Both the position numbers and the translations under genes were made by a program. A DNA stretch of 64,000 nucleotides from an uncultured Chloroflexia bacterium. GTDB lineage: Bacteria > Chloroflexota > Limnocylindria > Limnocylindrales > CSP1-4. The stretch covers positions 574,372 to 638,371 of the forward strand of contig CAWEYL010000003.1 in the NCBI GenBank assembly GCA_963813335.1. Reading direction: 5' to 3'. Positions 9,370-18,782 of the stretch are shown here, piece after piece; the first letter of the stretch is position 1, and every line of letters starts with the position of its first letter. The notes beneath the pieces were generated by a model that did no database searches, was not told the origin of the DNA, and saw only the letters and a list, made by a program, of their open reading frames with translations.

Positions 9370-10798
9370 TCAGGCGACCTCGACCCCGCCGATCGCGGCC
9401 AGCGGGCCGCGCGCCTTCGCGACGGTCTCGTCCCACTCCGCGGCAGGATCGCTGCGGTACGTGATCCCGCCGCCGACGTGGAGCGTCAGCTGCCGGCCGT
9501 CCGCGACGAGGGTCCGGATCAGGATGCTGGTCTGCATCGCCCCGTCCGGCCCGATCCAGCCGAGCGCCCCGGTGTAGGGGCCGCGGCGGACCGGCTCCAG
9601 CTCCTCGAGGATCTCCATCGCCCGGATCTTGGGGGCGCCCGTGATCGACCCGCCCGGGAAGCTGGCCGCGAGGAGGTCGAACGGGTCGCGCCCGGCGGCG
9701 AGGCGGCCGGTGACGGTCGAGACGAGGTGCTGGACGGCCGCCGTGCGCTCGAGGCGGCAGAGCCGCGGGACGCGGACGCTGCCCGGGCGGCAGACCCGCC
9801 CCAGGTCGTTGCGCAGGACGTCGACGATCATCACGTTCTCGGCGCGGTCCTTGGCACTCGAGAGCAGCTCGCGGGCGAGCGCGCGGTCCTCGGCCCGGGT
9901 CGCGGCCGCGCGGCCGCGTGCCCTTGATCGGGTCCGTGCTGACGGCGCCCTCGGCGTCGACGGCCAGGAACGGCTCGGGCGACGCCGACAGCAGCGCGCG
10001 GGGCCGCCCGGACAGCTGGCTCGGCCCGAGGTCGAGGTACGCCGAGAAGAGCGACGGGTCGCCGGTCCGCAGCCGCCGGTAGCGGTCCCACGGGTCGGCC
10101 TCGAACGGCGTCGCCAGGCGCCGGGTCAGGTTCGCCTGGTAGATGTCGCCGCGGGCGATGTGCTCGCGCACCAGCTCGACGCGTGCCTCGTACTCGGCGC
10201 GTGTCAGCCCCGAGCGGAACTCGAGCGTCGGCGCGTCGGGCGGCTCGTCGGCCGCCCGCGCGAGCGCCCGGACTCCCGGGCTGGTCAGCCGGGCATGGAC
10301 GTCGTCGAGCCGGCGCGACAGGCGGCGGGCGTCGCCGTCGAGCGCCCGGCCGCCGAGCCACGCGTAGCCGGTCCGCCGGTCCCAGGCCACGACCCAGTCG
10401 TGCAGCGCCAGCCGGAGGAGCGGCAGACCCTGGTCGTCCGCGGCGATCGACGGCAGCCGTTCGAGCGCGTGGCCCAGGTCGTAGCCGAGGAAGCCGACGA
10501 GCCCGCCGAGGAACCGCGGCGCGTCGGCCGGCACCACGACGGTGCGGTCGAGTCGCGCCACCAGCCGGCGCGCCACGGCGAACGGGTCGGGCCCGGCGGC
10601 CGGCCCCTCGAGGACCGCGACCGGGTCGGCGGTGAGGTAGGTCCAGCGCGCGTTGCGGCCCGGGCGGGCGCTCTCGAGGAGGGCGAGCCCGGGCAGGTCG
10701 CGGAACGCCTCGGCCACGTCGATCGGCCGGGCCGCCGCGAGGCGGTCCGGGAGGCGCCGGAGCCGGAGTGGGGCACTCGGCCGGGGACTGGGGATCAC
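9370..10798 (-). CDS. pabB: Aminodeoxychorismate synthase component I / anthranilate synthase component I family (apparent frameshift ~9900)
   Basis: LLES, GDIYQANL, SASPEPFL, PIKGTRPR, MIVDVLRNDL, FPGGSITGAPK motifs over two frames. Confidence 0.82.
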
Positions 10799-10916
10799 GG
10801 CGCGATGATACGGCGCGACCGCCGGCCGGCCGCGAGCATCGCGCTGGTCGAGGCGATCGGCGTGGGCCGGACGACTCCGGCCCGCCGCCAGCTGACGGGG
10901 CGAGGCCCCGCCGGGT

Positions 10917-11783
10917 TCAGGCGACCGCGACGGGCGCCGGCTTCTCGATCGGCACGCCGATCAGGCTGCCGTACTCGGTCCAGCTGCCGTCGTAGTTGCG
11001 GACCCGCTTGTAGCCGAGCAGCTCGTGCAGGACGAACCAGCTATGGCTGGACCGCTCGCCGATCCGGCAGTACGCGATGATGTCCTTGTCGGGGGTGATG
11101 CCCTTCGCCTCGTACAGGGTCGCGAGCTCCTCGGCGGACTTGAACGTGCCGTCCTCGCGGACGGTCTGCGCCCAGGGGATGGACGCGGCGCCCGGGATGT
11201 GGCCGGCCCGCTGGGCGGTCTCGCTCATGCCGGGGGGCGCGATGATCTCGCCGTTGAACTCGGCGGGGCTGCGCACGTCCACGAGGGCGAGGGACTCGTC
11301 GCCGAGGCGCGGCAGGATGTCGTCGCGGAAGGCGCGCAGACCGAAGTCCGGCTCCGGCAGGTCGTAGCCGGTCGCGGCGTAGGCCGGGACGTCCACGTCG
11401 AGCGCGAGACCCTGGTCGAGCCAGTACTTGCGCCCGCCGTTGAGGATGCGCACGTCGCGATGGCCGTACAGCTTCAGCTGCCAGTACGCCCACGCGGCGA
11501 ACCAGTTGTTGTTGTCGCCGTAGAGCACGATCGTGGTATCCGGGCGGATGCCGGACTCGCTGAGCAGCGTGCTGAAGTCCTCGCGCGAGGCGATGTCGCG
11601 GCGGATCCCGTCGGCGAGCTGGCTGGTCCAGTTCCAGCCGACCGCGCCCGGCAGGTGGCTCTGCTCGTAGGCCGTCGTGTCGACGTCGACCTCCACGAAG
11701 CGGACCGCGGGGTCACTCAGATGGGCCTGCGCCCAGGCCGCGTCGACGAGGACGTCGTCGCTGGCGTATCCGGACTGTGTCAT
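10917..11783 (-). CDS. Two-domain sulfurtransferase (rhodanese)
   Basis: GHIPGA, YCRIGERS active-site loop, NYDGSWTEY. Confidence 0.93.
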   Translation of the reverse strand: MTQSGYASDDVLVDAAWAQAHLSDPAVRFVEVDVDTTAYEQSHLPGAVGWNWTSQLADGIRRDIASREDFSTLLSESGIRPDTTIVLYGDNNNWFAAWAYWQLKLYGHRDVRILNGGRKYWLDQGLALDVDVPAYAATGYDLPEPDFGLRAFRDDILPRLGDESLALVDVRSPAEFNGEIIAPPGMSETAQRAGHIPGAASIPWAQTVREDGTFKSAEELATLYEAKGITPDKDIIAYCRIGERSSHSWFVLHELLGYKRVRNYDGSWTEYGSLIGVPIEKPAPVAVA

Positions 11784-11870
11784 GGGGTCATCCCTTTCCT
11801 GGCTGGATGGCGGCGTCGGCACCTCCTGACGCCGCCGGGTCGTGAGCACGTCGGGGTCGCGGCCCCGGGA

Positions 11871-12410
11871 TCAGTCGCCGGACCCTGGTCGGTCGCGGCG
11901 GCTGAACTCGGCAAGCCGCTCGGTACACTCGGCAGCGAGGCGCTGGGCCTGGCGGACGATCCAGGGATCGACCCGCGACGAGTCCTCGATGGTCACGGTC
12001 GCGCCACGCGGACCGTCGTCGAGCGCGATCCCCGAGGTGTTGCGGTAGTCGGCCATCCAGTTCGCCTGCAGCTGCAGGATCACGTCGGCCACGACCGGGA
12101 CGGGGAAGAGCCAGTCGAGGTAGGTCGCGTCCAGGCGGTCGGCGAGGTCGGCCAGGCGGACCGGTCGCCCCCGCTCGATGCGGGCCAGCAGGTCGACGAC
12201 CCGGAGGGCCGTGAACGGGTCCCCGCTCTCGCCGATGGTCGGCGGGCTGATCCGGGGATCCGGCAGCCCGGCGGGCGCGGTCCGGAGCGGGCCGAGTCCG
12301 ATCGGCGCGGCCGATGCGTCGGTCGGCTGGACATCGCTCACGGGTGCCTCGGTCACGGCGACGGGGATCTCCGACTGGTTCACTAGGGATTGGGTGCGCC
12401 AGCCTACCAT
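11871..12410 (-). CDS. Hypothetical protein (possible winged-helix)
   Basis: Protein-like ORF with good codon usage; start uncertain. Confidence 0.6.
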   Translation of the reverse strand: MVGWRTQSLVNQSEIPVAVTEAPVSDVQPTDASAAPIGLGPLRTAPAGLPDPRISPPTIGESGDPFTALRVVDLLARIERGRPVRLADLADRLDATYLDWLFPVPVVADVILQLQANWMADYRNTSGIALDDGPRGATVTIEDSSRVDPWIVRQAQRLAAECTERLAEFSRRDRPGSGD

Positions 12411-12569
12411 GCACGTTCGGTGGATGCCAGTGGCCCCCGACGTGGGCGAACCTTTATCGACTCGACACCCCAGGCCAACGCCGGCGCGTCATGCTGCACC
12501 GAGCTGGGAGACCCCCGGTGCCGGACCGCGTCCCGCGTTCCGGTCGTTCCTGTCGCAAGCGCGTGAGTC

Positions 12570-13925
12570 ATGTTGCCCCCATTCGAGCCCGATCGAACCC
12601 CGACCGAACCGACCTTCGGATCCGGCCCACTGGACGCGACCCCGGTCGTGCCCAGCCCCTCCCTGGCGCCGGGGACACCGGCGGGCGGTCGACGGCGTCG
12701 GCCGTGGCTCCCACGGGCGGTCATCGTGACCGCGATCATTGCGACGTTCGTCGTCGGGATCGGGGTCGGTGCGGCGGGAGCCCTCGCGACCGCCCCGAGC
12801 CTGACGTCGTCCGACAAGGAGTTCGCCCTCATCCGCGAGGCGTGGGACACCCTCCACAAGGAATACGTCGCGCGCGCCGAGCTCGACGACCAGGCGCTCG
12901 CCTGGGGGGCCATCAAGGGGTTGACCGCGGCAGTCGGCGACACCGGCCATACCTCGTTCATGACCCCGGCCGAACGGGCCGCGAACCAGGCCGGGCTGTC
13001 CGGCACGTACGTCGGGATCGGGGTCAAGGTCAACAAGGCCGCGGACGGCCGGCCGCTGATCATCACGGTCTTCGCCGACAGCCCCGCCGAGAAGGCCGGG
13101 CTGCGGTCCGGCGACATCGTCGTGAGCGTCGACGGCAAGACGACCACCGGGCACGAGATCGACGAGGTCATCGGCTGGATCCGCGGCGAGGCCGGGACGT
13201 CCGTGGCGGTCACCGTGCGCAACGGCGTCGACGGCGAGGACCGCGAGTACACGCTGGTCCGCGCGGACGTGCCGGTCCAGTCGGTCGCCTGGACGATGGT
13301 CCCGGGCTCGCGGACCGCGCTGCTGGCCCTCGACTCGTTCTCGAACGGCTCGGCCGACGACGTCGTCGCGGCGCTCAAGGAGATCAAGGCGGCCGGTGCC
13401 GACCGGCTGGTCCTCGACCTGCGCGGCAACCCGGGCGGGTACGTCAACGAGGCGGTCGGCGTGGCGAGCCAGTTCCTGACCAAGGGCGACGTCTACATCG
13501 AGCGCGACGCGGACGGCCACGAGACCCACCACCCGGTCTCCGCCGACGGCGTTGCCACGGACATCCCGATGGTCGTGCTCGTCGACGGCGGCACCGCCAG
13601 CTCGGCCGAGATCGTGTCGGGCGCCCTGCAGGATGCGAAGCGCGCCGAGGTCATCGGGGTCCCGACGTACGGCACTGGCACCGTGCTCGGCGAGTTCCCG
13701 CTCTCGGACGGTTCGGCGATGCGCATCGGGACCGTCGAATGGCTGACGCCGAACGGCCGCCGGATCTGGCACGAGGGGATCGTGCCCGACGTCACCGTCG
13801 AGCGGGCCACCGACGTGGCGGCGCTGAGCCCCGACCAGGTCCGGACCATGACGCCGGCCGGCGTGGATGGGATCGCGGACCCGCAGCTGGCCAAGGCCCT
13901 CAGCCTGGTGGCGTCGATCTCCTAG
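12570..13925 (+). CDS. ctpA: S41 carboxyl-terminal processing protease with PDZ domain
   Basis: GIG PDZ loop, LDLRGNPGG, TASSAEI motifs, N-terminal TM anchor. Confidence 0.92.
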   Translation: MLPPFEPDRTPTEPTFGSGPLDATPVVPSPSLAPGTPAGGRRRRPWLPRAVIVTAIIATFVVGIGVGAAGALATAPSLTSSDKEFALIREAWDTLHKEYVARAELDDQALAWGAIKGLTAAVGDTGHTSFMTPAERAANQAGLSGTYVGIGVKVNKAADGRPLIITVFADSPAEKAGLRSGDIVVSVDGKTTTGHEIDEVIGWIRGEAGTSVAVTVRNGVDGEDREYTLVRADVPVQSVAWTMVPGSRTALLALDSFSNGSADDVVAALKEIKAAGADRLVLDLRGNPGGYVNEAVGVASQFLTKGDVYIERDADGHETHHPVSADGVATDIPMVVLVDGGTASSAEIVSGALQDAKRAEVIGVPTYGTGTVLGEFPLSDGSAMRIGTVEWLTPNGRRIWHEGIVPDVTVERATDVAALSPDQVRTMTPAGVDGIADPQLAKALSLVASIS

Positions 13926-14156
13926 GGCTCGTCGGCTTGGTCGGGCCGCGCCGGCCCGTCGTCGGGCCGCACCGGGCGGTCATCCGGCAGCTCGATCGAG
14001 AGCTTGCCGCCGCCCGAGGCCGGCACCGGAGCGATCGGCTTCGCCGAATTCGACCAGCTCGGACGGCGGCTTCGTCGCGCGGAACACCTGGTAGTCGAAG
14101 CCGACGATGATCCCACCCATCGTGTCGCCAAGGGATCGGCGCTTGCGCTTGGCCAT
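13922..14156 (-). CDS. Small hypothetical protein (apparent frameshift ~14050)
   Basis: MAKRKRRSLGDTMGGIIVGFDYQVFR..., continues in another frame as SAKPIAPVP... Confidence 0.45.
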
Positions 14157-14729
14157 CGGCCTCGAGTCTAGCCGGCTCGCGCGTCGAGCCGCGGGCCGGT
14201 TGCGTGGCGCCTCCGGGAGCGCCGCAGGCTGCTCGCCAACGCGCGCGACGGACGCCTGGACCTTGGCCAGCAGCCGGAGGAGATCCAGGCGCTCCGAGAG
14301 CGTCAGGGCGCCCATGACATCGGTCTCGACCAGGTGGAGGCCGGGCAGCAGGCGGTCGATGACCGTTCGGCCCTCGGGTGTCAGGGTGACCCAGGTGCGC
14401 CGCCGATCCGCCTCGTCCGCCGATCGCGCGACGAACCCCTTGCGCTCATTCGTATCGATGAGCGACGTGATCGCGGCCGAGGACACGACCACGTGCTGGC
14501 CGATCTCCGCCGGCGTGCTGCGACCGCCCAGGCCGTCGATAGTGGCCAGCACCATCAGCGTCGTGGTCGAGATCCCGGCCTCCACGCGCAACCGGCGGGC
14601 CAGCTCGCCGAGGAGCTGGTCCGCCGTGCGGATCAGGTTGACGTAGCACTCCGCCGACGTCGGGTCGGCGCCCGGGTACTCGGCTTCGAAATCGTCCTCG
14701 ACCCGGAGCTGCGGCTGTGGGTCGGTCAC
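13980..14729 (-). CDS. MarR family transcriptional regulator (3' end uncertain, reads into the next gene)
   Basis: AITSLIDTNERKGFVAR..DRRRTWVTLTPEG wHTH motif. Confidence 0.85.
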   Translation of the reverse strand: MTDPQPQLRVEDDFEAEYPGADPTSAECYVNLIRTADQLLGELARRLRVEAGISTTTLMVLATIDGLGGRSTPAEIGQHVVVSSAAITSLIDTNERKGFVARSADEADRRRTWVTLTPEGRTVIDRLLPGLHLVETDVMGALTLSERLDLLRLLAKVQASVARVGEQPAALPEAPRNRPAARRASRLDSRPMAKRKRRSLGDTMGGIIVGFDYQVFRATKPPSELVEFGEADRSGAGLGRRQALDRAAG

Positions 14730-14995
14730 GCCGTCTGGTAGAACTCGATGCTCGGCGCCCCGATGACGCCGCCGCGGGCCATGGCCGACTTGAGGGCCGG
14801 GTCCGCCGCGAACGACTGGGCATCACCCAGCGTCGGGAACTCGTGGATCACGAGCAGCTGGGCCGGATCGCTCGCATCGCGCATGACCGTGTCGGTCGTG
14901 CAGCCGTACTGCGTGCGCAAGCCGGCGACCTCGTCGTAGACCGTCCGCCAGGAGCCGTAGTCCGCCACCGCGTGCTTGACAACCAGGGTCGTCAT
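14726..14995 (-). CDS. Small dimeric alpha-beta barrel (ABM/cyclase-like) protein
   Basis: VKHAVADYGSWRTVYD...FAADPALKSAMARGGV pattern. Confidence 0.75.
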   Translation of the reverse strand: MTTLVVKHAVADYGSWRTVYDEVAGLRTQYGCTTDTVMRDASDPAQLLVIHEFPTLGDAQSFAADPALKSAMARGGVIGAPSIEFYQTA

Positions 14996-15113
14996 CGTGG
15001 TCTCCAATTGCCGCCGACGATCATCCATCGGCCGATAGTTAGAACATTAGATATCAGACGTTAAGATGTCAAGACCCTAGCGACGTCGAAGGCGCCCGCC
15101 GTCGCGACCCAGG

Positions 15114-15800
15114 CTAACGAAGCTCCCCGTGGACCGGGGCCGGCGGATCGTCTGTCGGGGTCGGTGTCGGATCCGTGGGCTCGGTGGGGTCCGGCGTCGG
15201 CGTGGGCGCCGGCGTCGGCTCGGGCGTTCGCGTCGGCGGTGGCGTCACCGTCGGCTCCGGCGTTCGCGTAGGCTCCGGCGTTCGCATCGGCTCCGATGAC
15301 GCGGTCGGCTCGGTGGTCGTGGTCGGCTCCGGGCTCGGGGTGGGCTCCTCCGACGGCCCCGTGGCTTCGGTCGGTTCCTCGGTCGGCTCGGCGGGATCCG
15401 TCGGCTGGGTCGGCGCGTTCGGCTCGGTCGTCGGCTCCACGGAAGGCGTCGGCTCATCGCTCGGCCCGTTCGATCCCGTCGCGCGTGGGCCCGGCGAATC
15501 GGTGACATTCACGTTGACCGTGACGACGTTGCTGACGCGGTGGGCCACGAGGATGGGGGTGGTCACCCCCTCCTGGAACAGGACCACGTCGCCATTCACG
15601 ATCGAATCGATGCCGACCGGCTGGGTGACGATGAGGTCGCCCGGCTCCAGCGCGGGTCGCATGCTGTCCGTGGCGATCGACGCGACGCGGTAGCCCATCA
15701 CTTGGGTGGCCAGCAGGAAGACGATGGCGATGCCAAGGACGAGGCCGGCCACGACGTTCGCGAGCCGCCGCAGGAACGTGGTCACTCGATGATTCCTCAC
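15114..15800 (-). CDS. SipW-like signal peptidase I, apparently truncated and fused to a Pro/Thr-rich tail
   Basis: TM, DSMRPALEPGD (Ser), GDVVLF, AHRV (His); no TKGDAN box; ends in EPT/PTP repeats. Confidence 0.65.
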   Translation of the reverse strand: MRNHRVTTFLRRLANVVAGLVLGIAIVFLLATQVMGYRVASIATDSMRPALEPGDLIVTQPVGIDSIVNGDVVLFQEGVTTPILVAHRVSNVVTVNVNVTDSPGPRATGSNGPSDEPTPSVEPTTEPNAPTQPTDPAEPTEEPTEATGPSEEPTPSPEPTTTTEPTASSEPMRTPEPTRTPEPTVTPPPTRTPEPTPAPTPTPDPTEPTDPTPTPTDDPPAPVHGELR

Positions 15801-15857
15801 TCGGGATGTTGACCCGGGCGGGGGGTCAGCCGCCGTCCGGGTCGGGAATGCGCTGGA

Positions 15858-16307
15858 CTAGGTGGTGACGTCGACGTTGATGACGTAGTCGACGCCGAGA
15901 CCGGCGCAGGGATTCGGCGTGTTGCTGGCCAGGGCCAGATAGCTATCCCAGGCTCCACCGGTGGTTCCGGTCGCCACGGGTCCAGGGTCCGTGATCGTGA
16001 CGCTGCCGCTCAAGTAGGCGTTGCAGCCCGTGTTGGCGGGAACGTTGATCCCCGAGATCGAGCCGCTGGTCAGGGCGATCGCGACACCGGTGTTGTTGTT
16101 GACCCTGCCGGTCGCCGTCTTGGTATTCGTTCCGGGCAGGAGATTGCTACCGGTGTAGCTGTCGACCTGCAGCGAGACGTTGACGGTCCCGATGACCGAT
16201 GGTGTTCCAGCTTGCTGTGACGCCGTGCCGGTGAAGGCGAAGGCGAGGCCGGCGACCAGGGCGAGCGTCGCGCTCAGCCCAAACGCCGACAGGAAGAATC
16301 TACGCAT
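15858..16307 (-). CDS. Secreted TasA/camelysin-like protein (SipW-type signal peptide)
   Basis: MRRFFL-hydrophobic-AFAFT signal, GTVNVSL and NLLPG motifs, adjacent SipW-like gene. Confidence 0.6.
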   Translation of the reverse strand: MRRFFLSAFGLSATLALVAGLAFAFTGTASQQAGTPSVIGTVNVSLQVDSYTGSNLLPGTNTKTATGRVNNNTGVAIALTSGSISGINVPANTGCNAYLSGSVTITDPGPVATGTTGGAWDSYLALASNTPNPCAGLGVDYVINVDVTT

Positions 16308-16521
16308 GGAGAGGATGCCTCTAGAAGGAGTGCCCGACCGGGTGCGACGCACCCGGGTCCGGATTCACGCCCGCGTGACGCCGGGTGTCACCTGGGACAC
16401 ACCCCGGACGCAGAGTCGCCGCCAGGCGCGCGCGAGGCGCCAAAGGCGGGTGCGTGGCCGTCGCCGATGTGCCGGCGAGATCCCCCGAGTGCGATCGCCT
16501 AAGGCGGCGACGCCATGGTGC

Positions 16522-16539
16522 TGTTGCACCAACGCAACA
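16522..16539. promoter_or_regulatory. Palindromic operator candidate TGTTGC-N6-GCAACA upstream of the tasA-like gene
   Basis: Perfect 6-bp inverted repeat with 6-bp spacer in an A/T-richer patch. Confidence 0.4.
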
Positions 16540-16630
16540 CTATCATCGGCGGGGCGCGATACAACAACGAAGATTCGGGACCCGGACGCGTCGATGCCAC
16601 CCCTGCGGCATCGGTCCGAACGAGGCGCGC

Positions 16631-18216
16631 CTAGAGCAATTCGCCGTGGGCCGAGGCCGTCGGCTCGCCCTCGCGCGGCCGCGGCTCCTCGCCGGGACCG
16701 TACTCCGGCGCCCGGCTCCGAGCTCGCCTCGGCCGGCACCTCCCCCGGCCTCGAGCACGCGTAGCGGTACGCCGGCCGTGCCCTCGATCGCGCCGACGCC
16801 GAAGGGGACCCATTTCGACGGGTCCTGGAGGCGATGCGCCTCGGTGTTGCCGCGCGTGTGGATCTCGTCGAAGCCCCGCGGCTCGATCCACATCCGCTCG
16901 CCCTCGAGCAGCCCCAGCACGCCGGACTGGCCGGGCTCGGGGCGCCCGTGCTGGCAGTAGGCGCAGCGCGACGGATCGTGCTTCTGGTAGGTCTCGGGCT
17001 CCTCGTAGGTCGTGATGTAGCCCTCGTAGTTGCGCAGGACCACCTTGTGGTCGCTGTACGAGATCAGGTAGTTCGGCATGACCGGGATCTTGCCCCCGCC
17101 GCCGGGCGCGTCGATGACGTAGGTCGGAACGGCGTAGCCCGAGGTGTGCCCGCGCAGGCCCTCGATGATCTCCAGGCCCTTGCCGACCGGCGTCCGGAAG
17201 TGCCCCGACCCTTCGACGAGGTCGCACTGGTACAGGTAGTACGGACGGATCCGGTTGGCGACGAGCTTGTGGACCAGGCTGCGCTGGATGTGGACGCAGT
17301 CGTTGACGCCGGCCAGCAGCACGCTCTGGTTGCCGACCGGCAGGCCCGCCCGCGTCAGCTTGTCGACCGCGCGCGAGACCTCGGGCGTGATCTCGTTGGG
17401 GTGGTTGAAGTGGAGGTTGATCCACAGCGGGTGGTACTTCGCGAGCATCTCGCACAGCTCGTCGTCGATGCGCTGCGGCAGGAAGACGGGCACGCGGCTC
17501 CCGATCCGGATGATCTCGATGTGCGGGATCTCGCGCAGGCCGCGCAGGATCTTCTCGAAGAGCTTGGGGGCGAGGGTCAGGCCATCGCCGCCGGAGATGA
17601 GGACGTCGCGGACCTGCGGCGTCCGGCGCAGGTACTCGAGCTGCGCCTCGTGGTCCCGGCTGTTGAAGTTCTGGGTGGGGTCGCCCACGATCCGCGACCG
17701 CGTGCAGTAGCGGCAGTACGACGCGCACTGGGTCGTCACCAGCATCAGGACCCGGTCCGGGTAGCGGTGGACCAGCCCGGGCACCGGCGAATGGCGATCC
17801 TCGGCGAGCGAATCCTCCATCATCGCGGTGAAGGCCTGGTGCTCCCGGGCGCTCGGGATGACCTGGCGGCGGATCGGATCGTCCGGGTCGTTCGGGTCCA
17901 TCAGGCTGATGAAGTACGGCGTGATGTCGACCCGGAACTTCTCCGGCGCGGAGAGGCCCTCGCGCTCGTCGTCGGTGAGCTCGAGGACTTGCTCGATCTC
18001 CTCGAGGTCGTTGACCCGGTGGCTCAGCTGCCAGCGCCAGTCGTTCCACTGCTCGTCGGGGATGTCCGCCCAGAGCGGGGCGCGTCGGCTGACCGCGGGC
18101 CGTCCGTCAGGACCCAGGACCTGCGCGGGGTCCGCGCGGTTGACGAACGGGACCTCGGCCGCCGCGCGGGCGGCGTCCTGGTGGGCGACGGCGGACTGGA
18201 TCTCGCGGGCATCCAA
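16631..18216 (-). CDS. kamA: Lysine 2,3-aminomutase family radical SAM protein (C-terminal frame uncertain)
   Basis: WNDWRWQL, HRYPDRVL, CASYCRYC, HTSGYAVPTYVIDAPGGGGKIP; GGAGG before TTG 18216. Confidence 0.9.
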
Positions 18217-18398
18217 CGCTGGCTGGCCTCCGACGGCGGATCGGGCTTCGATGCATAGAAAGTATGCATCCTGCAAGTCGGCGGATGATAGCGCGATGGT
18301 CCCGCCGGGGTCCAGTGCATGGTCGGCGCCCGCTCAGGCGCCTGGAGCGGGCGTCTCGGGTTGGTCGGGGTGCGTGCGGCGGCGGTCGCCGCGAGCGG

Positions 18399-18719
18399 TC
18401 AGTCGCCGATGACCGCCCAGAGGAAGCCCATCATGATGAAGAAGCCGGTGAACAGGGCGATCAGCCCCATCGCGCCGTAGGGCGAACCGGCGCCCTCGTG
18501 GGGCACGAGCTGCAGGGTGATCCCGAAGAAGACGGCCCACAGGACGAACAGGAACCCGAACAGGTACTTGCCGTTGGGGTTCGTCACCCGCCGCACCCAG
18601 CGGGAGCCGCCCTCGGTCGAGACCGCGGCGCGAAGCATGATCCCGATCATCACGATCACCGCGAGCGCGGAGATGCCGAACGGGATCGGCTGCTCGAAGG
18701 GGACCAGGAACAGCTGCAT
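18399..18719 (-). CDS. Small membrane protein
   Basis: 3 hydrophobic helices. Confidence 0.65.
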   Translation of the reverse strand: MQLFLVPFEQPIPFGISALAVIVMIGIMLRAAVSTEGGSRWVRRVTNPNGKYLFGFLFVLWAVFFGITLQLVPHEGAGSPYGAMGLIALFTGFFIMMGFLWAVIGD

Positions 18720-18782
18720 CGCGGCGATGCTACCAGATGGCTCCCCGGCCCAGAACGCCACTCGCGTCTACGATGGGGTCCC

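Noticed and set aside
8105-10798. 897 aa PabB-PabC fusion protein
   Set aside because: Artefact of two frameshifts; each gene has its own start and stop
15130-15460. DNA tandem repeat element
   Set aside because: Explained by Pro/Thr/Glu low-complexity coding sequence
16310-16560. c-di-GMP riboswitch in the tasA-like leader
   Set aside because: No recognisable class I or II consensus; only GC-rich hairpins
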